Positions 9,781 to 17,893 of a stretch of 40,307 nt of DNA are shown here, one piece after another; positions within the stretch are counted from its first letter, which is position 1, and each line of letters begins with the position of its first letter. The notes beneath the pieces were generated by a model. The model did not search any database, was not told where the DNA came from, and saw only the letters and a list, made by a program, of their open reading frames with translations. A program made the translations under genes and the position numbers. The DNA comes from an uncultured Candidatus Saccharibacteria bacterium (GTDB taxonomy: Bacteria > Patescibacteriota > Saccharimonadia > Saccharimonadales > CAYVSP01). The stretch is taken from contig CAZVBA010000002.1 in the NCBI GenBank assembly GCA_964625325.1, forward strand, positions 1-40,307, given 5' to 3'.

Positions 9781-10716
9781 CTAGGCGGCAAGGGCTAGAT
9801 CTGCTGAGGATGTAGCTTCAGAGCGTGCGTGGTCGCGTAGAGCAACAAATTTGGCAATTTGTTCGCTGACACCTTGTTCATATTGTTCGAATGGGGGAGG
9901 GTCTCCCATGTCCATATCCTCCATAAGTGTAGATAATTTTTTATAAGAACTTTCGAGCTCACTTTGTGAATATCCATATTGGTCACTAGTAATTCCTAAT
10001 TTTTTTGCATGAAAGGCGCCCAAAAAACCGCTAAGTCCATCAACTGATTTTGAAAACTTCGCTACTGGAGATTTTTCCGGATCTTCACTTGCAGAATAAG
10101 TTTCCTGAAGCCTGAGCGCTGAGTCCCCAGCTTCTTTAAGAAGCTCACCAACCGCATTAGGCATAGCAAACCAACCTAAGGTGTGGCCAACTGGCTGTCG
10201 GTCATGCGTTACTTCAATTAGGGGCTTGCTTTCAGAATTAGAAAGCATTGTAATTTTAGGTGCATCCACTTGTGTTTCTGCAGAGGTTGCAGTGTCTGCT
10301 AAAGGAATTTCTCCACGGCTGAAACTTTCTGCATACGTTTCATAGGGTATAAAACCAGTTTCAAGAGCTTTGAATTTAAGTGGGGTACCAGGGTCTGCTT
10401 CGGTTTTTACTTTATTTAATTGTTCGTTTGAGGGAAACCTGGTGGCAAAATACTCAGTGTTGCCAACCAATATTCGCTCTGAACCGAACGCTAGTAATGG
10501 TTCCAATACTTCCTCCGCTTGTTTCACATTTGGCACACGAGTATCCACCGATTCATTTAAGTAGATAGTGTCTTCAAGTGTGTCCACACGTAAAGTTCCA
10601 CTATGAAACAGCTCCTCACGAATTTCTGGTGTCAGAGCATTTGTAGCACGCTCTCGCCAAGGTTGTCTGGCAGGTTGCATACTTTCTGGGCTTTGTGACG
10701 TAAGTTGTTCTGGCAT
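9781..10716 (-). CDS. Hypothetical protein (AT-rich island)
   Basis: 311-aa ORF. The start is set at ATG 10716 because the upstream in-frame ATG (10749) lies inside the predicted promoter spacer. No family recognised. Confidence 0.5.
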   Translation of the reverse strand: MPEQLTSQSPESMQPARQPWRERATNALTPEIREELFHSGTLRVDTLEDTIYLNESVDTRVPNVKQAEEVLEPLLAFGSERILVGNTEYFATRFPSNEQLNKVKTEADPGTPLKFKALETGFIPYETYAESFSRGEIPLADTATSAETQVDAPKITMLSNSESKPLIEVTHDRQPVGHTLGWFAMPNAVGELLKEAGDSALRLQETYSASEDPEKSPVAKFSKSVDGLSGFLGAFHAKKLGITSDQYGYSQSELESSYKKLSTLMEDMDMGDPPPFEQYEQGVSEQIAKFVALRDHARSEATSSADLALAA

Positions 10717-10739
10717 TTTTATCTTATTCCAATACAAAA

Positions 10740-10768
10740 ATACTACCATAAAAGTAACAATTAGTCAA
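10740..10768 (-). promoter_or_regulatory. Sigma-70-type promoter for ORF 9781..10716
   Basis: On the minus strand: TTGACT (10768-10763), 17-nt spacer, TAGTAT (10745-10740). Confidence 0.55.
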
Positions 10769-10929
10769 TGGGAGACCCTGAAAACACGAGGTACTCGCTC
10801 AGTTTTTCAGGAACCTACAGATGTCTGACAAGGGTGGGGCTCGCTTCAGTTCTAATCATGTGCTCCTTGGGCCTAAAGAAACAAAGAATCAGCCCTTTTT
10901 ATTCGTAATTTATCTTTTACCAAGAAAAC

Positions 10930-11703
10930 TTATTGGGCTAGGATAGTATCAAAGCCGGCAAGTTTGCTCTCTACCATAGCCGGATCTACTGTTGTAGGTT
11001 TACCATTAGAGCCCATAGAGGTGGACATACCGGCGGTGCGGCCGGTAGCAACATCGGTGTAATCTGCGTTGTAACTGCCATCTTCGGCCCGGGTAATACT
11101 TATCGTATCCAAGGTCCTAAAACCATGCTGTTGTGGATCGTTAAACGAAGTTTCATCGGTGTAATCGTATTGAAAGAAGTCCAGTGTCACCAGCTTGCGA
11201 CTACCGTCGGGCAGAATATTCCATCTGAGCAAGAAGTTTGATTCTACGGTAGCGTCACCAGCTTTTATCGCCTTATATGACTCGACTAAGATATTCTGTT
11301 CTGTACCTACTGTCAGGCTATTCAGGCCATCAATATTCTCTTCAGGCGTACGAGTAGTTGCGTTACCACCTGTTTCATAAATGTCTATGCCATAGCCACG
11401 CCGTTTAGCGTATGCCAAAATACGTTCTGGTAAATCCCCCATTCGACTCTCAGCTGAGGCTAAGACTTTTTCAGCAACTTCTTTATTGTGCTGATTGGCT
11501 AATGTTTCGGGGTTGAGGGTAGTAGTGGTGCTTTCAGGAGCAGCGCTGGCTGAAGCGGTGCTTGGAGTGGTTGGTTTAGGCTCAGCACTACCTCCACCTG
11601 TGGTACAGGCTGCAACTAAAGCCAGTAGGGTGGCTGCAGCAACACCTGATGCTCGGGTATGGCGTTTCTTGTTGCCGCTGTGTAAACCAGGATCTTTATT
11701 CAT
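10930..11703 (-). CDS. Putative lipoprotein
   Basis: The signal peptide ends in the lipobox LVAAC, followed by a T/S/P/A-rich linker. The start is set at ATG 11703, which lies 7 nt after the -10 hexamer. Confidence 0.6.
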   Translation of the reverse strand: MNKDPGLHSGNKKRHTRASGVAAATLLALVAACTTGGGSAEPKPTTPSTASASAAPESTTTTLNPETLANQHNKEVAEKVLASAESRMGDLPERILAYAKRRGYGIDIYETGGNATTRTPEENIDGLNSLTVGTEQNILVESYKAIKAGDATVESNFLLRWNILPDGSRKLVTLDFFQYDYTDETSFNDPQQHGFRTLDTISITRAEDGSYNADYTDVATGRTAGMSTSMGSNGKPTTVDPAMVESKLAGFDTILAQ

Positions 11704-11710
11704 GAAGTAC

Positions 11711-11739
11711 ATTCTAACACATTATTGAATATAAATCAA
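11711..11739 (-). promoter_or_regulatory. Sigma-70-type promoter for the lipoprotein gene (leaderless geometry)
   Basis: On the minus strand: TTGATT (11739-11734), 17-nt spacer, TAGAAT (11716-11711), then 7 nt to ATG 11703. Confidence 0.6.
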
Positions 11740-11780
11740 TAGTTAATTGTAAAAGATTAATCTGCTAGAGTAACCTAGTG

Positions 11781-12386
11781 ATGACTGTGAAAATTGTTGG
11801 AATTGGCGGGTTGCCGCGGAGCGGCAAGGATACGCTGGCCGATTTGTTTATCGAGGCCGGCTACTTTGGCTTTTCTTTCGGTGATTTTACCAGAGACAAC
11901 GCCCGTAAACGGCACGCCGACAAGCCTGATCCCATCTCTGTTGCTAATATGACCGAGACTTCCAACTGGCTGCGCGAAACCGGTGGGCCGGACATTATTC
12001 TCAAAGAAGCGCTCAAAGAGTTTGACGAAGCCCAAGCGGCCGGCAAAGACTACAAAGGTCTGGTGCTTTTTAGCGTTCGCGTACCAGTGGAAGTGGACTG
12101 GATTTTGGCACACGGCGGGGAGCTGATTTGGGTTGAAGCGAGTGATGAGGTGCGTTATGCGCGTGATACCAAGCATCGGCGCGAAGGCGAGGTCGACATT
12201 CCTTTTGAAGAGTTTAAACGCCAGGAAGCGCTGCAATGGCAGCCCCAGCCGGGTATACCAGCCGATGCTCAAATGAATACCAGTTACGTTAAACAGCACG
12301 CCACCAAAATGCTGGTTAATGAAAGCAATAATCTAGATGGCTTCTTGGCCGAGGCTAAGAATTTAATCAATTCACTAGCCAGCTAG
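11781..12386 (+). CDS. P-loop nucleotide kinase, dNMP-kinase-like
   Basis: IVGIGGLPRSGKDTLADLF is a Walker A with the RSGKDT pattern seen in deoxynucleoside-monophosphate kinase-like proteins. About 200 aa. Confidence 0.55.
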   Translation: MTVKIVGIGGLPRSGKDTLADLFIEAGYFGFSFGDFTRDNARKRHADKPDPISVANMTETSNWLRETGGPDIILKEALKEFDEAQAAGKDYKGLVLFSVRVPVEVDWILAHGGELIWVEASDEVRYARDTKHRREGEVDIPFEEFKRQEALQWQPQPGIPADAQMNTSYVKQHATKMLVNESNNLDGFLAEAKNLINSLAS

Positions 12387-12387
12387 A

Positions 12388-12416
12388 TTGACCACACCAG
12401 ATACAGATGTTATAAT
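12388..12416 (+). promoter_or_regulatory. Sigma-70-type promoter for ORF 12437
   Basis: TTGACC (12388-12393), 17-nt spacer, TATAAT (12411-12416). The leader carries AGGAG 4 nt before the ATG. Confidence 0.7.
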
Positions 12417-12436
12417 ATGGTTCACGTAGGAGTTTT

Positions 12437-13465
12437 ATGCCTGATTTTGAGGAACTAAACCAAACTAACCCCGAATTTTTAGCGGCCGCCCAAGAACGCG
12501 CAACTGAAATTATAGCTATCGGGCTGGGAGTGGTTGAGTTAACCGAAACTATCTTGGGGGCACCGCTGCCTGAAACCGCAGAATTGCGCGATTCCACTAT
12601 CTTACCGCCTGATTCCGTAACTAGCCGGGCTAAAGAAAAAGCTATTAGAGCCGCACTGACGGAAATAGGCATCGGCATGACCGCTGATAGGGGTCTGGCT
12701 GAAGCTGGTTTATCAAACGATGCCGTCGTCTTACTTGAAGGCGGGCAAAGACATAAGGTTGTCGCCGAGACCCACCTGTTGGGTACCGGGCCAGTTATTT
12801 TCTCGGGTTCGCCTAACCGGCTAATTGCCGGCGATGAACGAGCTACCGTAGCGCGCATTTTTGAACTGGCGGATGAAGAAATAGGTGAAACTGAATATGA
12901 CATGGTTTACCATGTGGCCCAAAATCTCGACGGGTTTGAGCCGTTGCCGGAGGCGGTAGAAGTTGGCAAACTGACCGCTGAGGGTAATCTGGGCGAAGAC
13001 GAGGTGTTTGGCACTCTACTGCATATTGGTACGATCAAAGAGGGGATGCAACCTGTCTATATCTTTGATGTGCCGCGGAAATATCTCTTTGACGAAGAGG
13101 GCAATCCCATCTTGAATGCCAGGGAGATCCAGGAGTTCCAGCAACCCAGCGCCGGACAGCAAATAGTTGCCTTTACAAGGCTTCTAGGACACGCCGAAGG
13201 CGCGGTTGCTACAAGTTCAACATATTATCCCTCTAGGCTGGGAGAAATTGTCCGCGCCAGCTTCAGTGCTCTGAAACAAGGACAAATTGTTCCAAAGATT
13301 GATATTGTGGCCTACTGTCCAGAGAGGCTTGCGAAGGTTAAAGGAGAGGACGAGCCGGCAATTCCTACGCTGGCTAATATGCTTGGCGAAGCTTTCACTG
13401 CCCGTAAAACTTTCCTTAATCTTCACAGTGAAATAGCTCAAAGCTCAAGCGATATAACCGAATAA
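12437..13465 (+). CDS. Hypothetical protein
   Basis: 342-aa ORF with a consensus promoter and SD. No family recognised. Confidence 0.55.
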   Translation: MPDFEELNQTNPEFLAAAQERATEIIAIGLGVVELTETILGAPLPETAELRDSTILPPDSVTSRAKEKAIRAALTEIGIGMTADRGLAEAGLSNDAVVLLEGGQRHKVVAETHLLGTGPVIFSGSPNRLIAGDERATVARIFELADEEIGETEYDMVYHVAQNLDGFEPLPEAVEVGKLTAEGNLGEDEVFGTLLHIGTIKEGMQPVYIFDVPRKYLFDEEGNPILNAREIQEFQQPSAGQQIVAFTRLLGHAEGAVATSSTYYPSRLGEIVRASFSALKQGQIVPKIDIVAYCPERLAKVKGEDEPAIPTLANMLGEAFTARKTFLNLHSEIAQSSSDITE

Positions 13466-13524
13466 CACCAAAGATTTTTACGGCATATACAGCAGATCAC
13501 CGAAGTTAGCGTATAATTACGGCT

Positions 13525-16194
13525 ATGGATAAGGTGCCTGCGGCCAAGCTAAAAAAACTAGCAATTATTGATGGGAAGTCGGTTTTCTACCGTGGCTACT
13601 ATGCCATGCCCAATTTGGCGACACCTGATGGCACGCCGACCGGCGGTGTTTTTGGCTTTGCCACCATGGCTCTGGAAGTGCTGCGCCGGCTCAAGCCGGA
13701 TTACGTCTGCGTGGCCTGGGACAAGCCCAAAACTAACATCCGCAAACGCCTAAAGATTTATCCTGAATACAAAGCCGGCCGCAAGCCGGCGCCGGCTGAT
13801 TTCTACGAACAAGTGCCGGTACTGCACGAGCTGCTGGATGCCTTTGGCTGGCCGCTTTATGAGCTGGACGACTACGAAGCCGACGACATCATGGGTACTT
13901 TAGCCATTCAGGCGGCCGAAAAGGGCATTGAAACCATGCTAATTACCTCTGATTTAGACATGTTGCAACTGGTCCACCCCAAAGTCCACGTTTACGCCCT
14001 TAAAAAGGGCCTCAGCAACATAGAATTGTTCCGCCCGGAAACATTTATTTTGAAATATGGCATCACGCCCGAGCAATTCTTAGACCTAAAAGCCCTGAAA
14101 GGCGACAGCTCGGACAATATTCCGGGCGTGCCTGGCATCGGCGAAAAGGGCGCGCTGGAGCTGCTCAAAGAGTACAAGACGCTTGATAATGTTTATAAAA
14201 ACTTGGACCTTATTAAAGAAAGTGTGCGCAAAAAGCTGGAAGCCGGCAAGGACCTGGCGTACTTGAGCAAAAAATTAGGTGCGATTTGGACGGATGCGCC
14301 GATTAAGCTTGATTTGAAAGAAGTTGACGGCACCAAGGTGGACCCAGCGCGGTTGCAGAAACTGCTGCAAAAACTGCAATTCCGCAGCCTGCTGCGCCAG
14401 CTGCCGGAGGTCATGAAAGTCAGTCTGGAGGATCACGCCAAAGCGCAGGAACGGTTTGATGTCGAGCTCAACATCGGCAAAGGAACGGTAATAACCAACG
14501 ACGACGACCTTAGCAAGGTTAAACTGGCGGCCACACCAGCGTTGGTGGTGCATAGCCGGGCCGGTAGTAAGCACGGTCGTGACCCTCAACTCCTGATACT
14601 TTCCAGCGAAGCCAAGCAAACCGTGGTGCTGGACCTGGAAAAGCTTAGCCGCGACGCCGTGCGTGACGCGGTAACCCGTAACCTGTCACCTGTAACCAAA
14701 TTAGTCGGCTATGATCTGAAATACACCCTCAAAGTCTTGATTGAACTAGGCGTGGAATTGCCGCCGGTGGGACATGATGTGCTGGTAGGTGCTTTCCTGA
14801 TCAATGCCTTGTTGCGCGCCCAGAGCTTGACTGACCTGGCCACAGCCGACCTGGACTACGACGGCTCGCCGTTTGAAGACCTGGATAAGGATGAACTGGC
14901 TAACCGGGCGGCCGAGATTGCCGGCGTCCTGACGGCACTTTATGATTACCAGACCAAGCAACTGGCCAAGACACCTAAGCTCGTCAAACTGGCCCGCGAC
15001 CTCGAGTGGCCGGTCATTCCGGTGCTGGCGCGCATGGAGTACGAGGGCATCGAGCTGGACACTAAGTATTTGAAGAAAATGAGCGCCCAGCTGGACGATA
15101 TGATCCTGAAGATCGAACAAGAGATTTACGGCCACGCCGACCATGAATTCAATATTGGTTCACCGGCACAACTGGCTGACGTTTTATTCACCAAACTCAA
15201 CCTGCCGACGCAGGGGATTAAGAAAGGCAAGACCGGCTACTCTACCGCCGCCAGCGAGCTGGATAAACTACGCCCCGTCCATCCGATTATCAATCTCATC
15301 ACCAGCTGGCGCGAGGTTACCAAGCTCAAGAACACCTATGTTGACGTCATGCCGAAGATGGTGGATGAGAAGTCGCGGCTGCACACCACCTACGATCTAA
15401 CCGTGGCCCAAACTGGGCGGCTGAGTTCAAATGATCCTAACCTGCAGAACATTCCGGTACGCACCGACCTGGGCAAGCAAATCCGCACCGCCTTTGTGGC
15501 CGGTCCGGGCAAAATGTTTGTCAGTGCTGATTATTCCCAGTTTGAACTGCGCATTGCCGCCTATTTATCCAATGACCAGCGGCTGATAGATATGTTTAAC
15601 AAGGATGTGGATGTTCATTTGGCCACTGCGGCTGAGGTTTATGGCCGGGCCGAAGAGGATGTTACTAAAAATATGCGTCGAGAGGCTAAAGTCCTGAATT
15701 TTGGTGTCATGTATGGTCTTGGTCCGCACGGTATGACTCAGCAAACCAGCCTGAATTACGAACAAGCCAAGAACTTTATCGATAAATACTTTGAGATTCG
15801 ACCCAAGCTGCGGGTCTACATCGAATCGGTCCAGGAAAAAGCCAAAAAGGACGGCTATGTTGAGAATATTTTTGGCCGACGTCGCCCAACGCCGGATATC
15901 CATTCCAGCAATTTCGCGGTGCGCGAGGCCGCCATGCGCCAGGCCGTCAACATGCCCTTCCAGGGCAGCGCCGCTGACATTATGAAGCTGGCTATGATTG
16001 CCGTCGATAAAAAACTGGAGAGTAAGGACTGCAAGGTGCTGCTGCAAATCCACGACAGCCTGATTCTGGAATGCGACGAGAAAGAGGCTGAAAAAACCGC
16101 CAAGCTACTCAAAGAAACCATGGAGAATGTCCATAAACTGCCCGTAAAACTGACAGTCGACACCAGTATCGGCAAAAACTGGGGCGAACTTTAA
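13525..16194 (+). CDS. polA: DNA polymerase I
   Basis: 889 aa. The 5'-nuclease domain is present (GDSSDNIPGVPGIGEKGA). The polymerase motifs are present (DYSQFELRIAA, REAKVLNFGVMYG, QIHDSLILE). The central 3'-5' exonuclease motifs look degenerate. Confidence 0.95.
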   Translation: MDKVPAAKLKKLAIIDGKSVFYRGYYAMPNLATPDGTPTGGVFGFATMALEVLRRLKPDYVCVAWDKPKTNIRKRLKIYPEYKAGRKPAPADFYEQVPVLHELLDAFGWPLYELDDYEADDIMGTLAIQAAEKGIETMLITSDLDMLQLVHPKVHVYALKKGLSNIELFRPETFILKYGITPEQFLDLKALKGDSSDNIPGVPGIGEKGALELLKEYKTLDNVYKNLDLIKESVRKKLEAGKDLAYLSKKLGAIWTDAPIKLDLKEVDGTKVDPARLQKLLQKLQFRSLLRQLPEVMKVSLEDHAKAQERFDVELNIGKGTVITNDDDLSKVKLAATPALVVHSRAGSKHGRDPQLLILSSEAKQTVVLDLEKLSRDAVRDAVTRNLSPVTKLVGYDLKYTLKVLIELGVELPPVGHDVLVGAFLINALLRAQSLTDLATADLDYDGSPFEDLDKDELANRAAEIAGVLTALYDYQTKQLAKTPKLVKLARDLEWPVIPVLARMEYEGIELDTKYLKKMSAQLDDMILKIEQEIYGHADHEFNIGSPAQLADVLFTKLNLPTQGIKKGKTGYSTAASELDKLRPVHPIINLITSWREVTKLKNTYVDVMPKMVDEKSRLHTTYDLTVAQTGRLSSNDPNLQNIPVRTDLGKQIRTAFVAGPGKMFVSADYSQFELRIAAYLSNDQRLIDMFNKDVDVHLATAAEVYGRAEEDVTKNMRREAKVLNFGVMYGLGPHGMTQQTSLNYEQAKNFIDKYFEIRPKLRVYIESVQEKAKKDGYVENIFGRRRPTPDIHSSNFAVREAAMRQAVNMPFQGSAADIMKLAMIAVDKKLESKDCKVLLQIHDSLILECDEKEAEKTAKLLKETMENVHKLPVKLTVDTSIGKNWGEL

Positions 16195-16196
16195 CC

Positions 16197-16757
16197 ATGC
16201 AACCGGTAGAGGCCTTTAAGCCACTCGGAGTAATTACGATAACCTTAACATGGCTATCGCTAGGTTTCCTGGTCTATAAATGGCGCGGACACAAAAGCAT
16301 GTCTTTCAGTCGACACGCCGCTGCCAACAAAACCGCTTTTACTATGATGGCGATTATTGAACCCTTTTTATTGGGCGGGTTCTTCTTATTCGTTGATAAA
16401 TGGTTCGTGCCGACTTTCAATCTGCCCGCGTTATTCAGCGTACTGGTTGGCTTGTCGGCACTGGGCTTGCTTGTGGCGGCCTGGATTCCGGATGTCCCTG
16501 GTTTGAAACACAAGATACACGAATGGGCGGCCTATCCAGCGGCCGCCACCTTTGTGCCTCTTTCACTCATAATGTGCCTTGCGTCAGGTTTACCGACGCT
16601 CGTAAGAACAATGTGGATTGTCGCATTTACCTACGATACAGCGGTGGTACTCTTTTTCCTGATTAGCAAAAAAGCCAAAGAGTACCATCTCTACCTTCAA
16701 GCACCATATTTCGTGCTGTCGCACGCAGCTATTCTAATGACGGTATACATTCGATGA
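16197..16757 (+). CDS. Integral membrane protein, unknown function
   Basis: 186 aa with 5-6 hydrophobic helices. It starts 2 nt after the polA stop, and its stop overlaps the next start (ATGA). Confidence 0.6.
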   Translation: MQPVEAFKPLGVITITLTWLSLGFLVYKWRGHKSMSFSRHAAANKTAFTMMAIIEPFLLGGFFLFVDKWFVPTFNLPALFSVLVGLSALGLLVAAWIPDVPGLKHKIHEWAAYPAAATFVPLSLIMCLASGLPTLVRTMWIVAFTYDTAVVLFFLISKKAKEYHLYLQAPYFVLSHAAILMTVYIR

Positions 16758-17290
16758 GCAAATTCATCTTTGTGCGGCACGGACAGAGCCAGGCTAATGC
16801 CGATGGTATTCTGGCTGACCCGCACTCGCCGCTGACGGAGGAAGGCTTGAAACAGGCTCGCCGGACCGGCTATGAGTTGCGCGGCATGGGAATCAAGACC
16901 GTCGTATGCTCGCCATTCCTGCGTGCCCAACAGACGGCCGAAACAATTGCCGGCGAGCTTGGCATTGATGTGGCGCATATTAAAATTATTGAGGAACTGC
17001 ACGAGCGCCGGCTCGGCAAACTTGAACTAACGCCAAAGGTTCATGATTCCGAATGGTATGAAACGACCTATGGGGAAGAGGGCATGGAGCTGCGCCCGGA
17101 CATCATTAAACGCATGCAAAAATGCTTGAGTAAGATTAAGGCGGAATCCAAGAATGGTCTGGTATTAGCCGTCGGCCATGGAGGGTCAGGCCGGTATCTC
17201 GTGCAGGTATCGCACGGTAAAAAACGGTTTGAGGATTTTGACATCCATGCACCCATCAACAACGCCGACTTTATAGAGGTTGAATTTTGA
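16754..17290 (+). CDS. Histidine phosphatase family protein (phosphoglycerate mutase-like)
   Basis: FIFVRHGQSQAN (RHG catalytic motif), ...SPFLRAQQTA..., VGHGG. Confidence 0.8.
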   Translation: MSKFIFVRHGQSQANADGILADPHSPLTEEGLKQARRTGYELRGMGIKTVVCSPFLRAQQTAETIAGELGIDVAHIKIIEELHERRLGKLELTPKVHDSEWYETTYGEEGMELRPDIIKRMQKCLSKIKAESKNGLVLAVGHGGSGRYLVQVSHGKKRFEDFDIHAPINNADFIEVEF

Positions 17291-17853
17291 ACAAGGGTAA
17301 TACGCCTAAAGCGTTGGATAAAGACGGTCATGACACCGGCCTCAGGCTAGATTGGCAAGAAATTCATGGACCCCGCAGCCGTCCGGATTTGTACTGTGCC
17401 ACGGCGCACATCTGGGTTTATAACAGCAAAGGTGAGGTACTATTGCAAAAACGAGGCCGTAACGTGTTGTCGTATCCGGGACGTTGGGACATCGCGGCGT
17501 CTGGGCACATAGATTATGGCGAAACTCCACTGACTGGTGCCCGCCGCGAACTCGAAGAAGAGATTGGCATAAGCGGGGAAGTGCTTGAGTTTGTCGGCGA
17601 ACGAGAGGGACATAGAACGGTGAAGCCTGGCAACTGGCAGCATAATGAATTTGTCTGGGTGTATCTACTCAGACTCGATCGACCGACCTCAGAATTTGCC
17701 ATACAGCCTGAAGAAGTCGACGATCTGCAGTGGCTAACATTGGATAAGCTTGAGATGGAAATTCATAATCCAAAAACTGCTGAGCGTTATGTGCCCCACA
17801 GCGACTATTACGATTTTATTATTGCCAAAATCCGCAAACGGCTAAAAGCTTAG
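17287..17853 (+). CDS. Nudix hydrolase
   Basis: Nudix box GHIDYGETPLTGARRELEEEIGI. The only early start is a TTG overlapping the upstream stop (TTGA). Confidence 0.75.
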   Translation: MNKGNTPKALDKDGHDTGLRLDWQEIHGPRSRPDLYCATAHIWVYNSKGEVLLQKRGRNVLSYPGRWDIAASGHIDYGETPLTGARRELEEEIGISGEVLEFVGEREGHRTVKPGNWQHNEFVWVYLLRLDRPTSEFAIQPEEVDDLQWLTLDKLEMEIHNPKTAERYVPHSDYYDFIIAKIRKRLKA

Positions 17854-17856
17854 CCA

Positions 17857-17885
17857 TTGATTTAATAGCATAAATATTCTATAAT
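17857..17885 (+). promoter_or_regulatory. Sigma-70-type promoter (leaderless geometry) for ORF 17894
   Basis: TTGATT (17857-17862), 17-nt spacer, TATAAT (17880-17885), 8 nt before the ATG. No SD. Confidence 0.65.
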
Positions 17886-17893
17886 CAGCCGTT

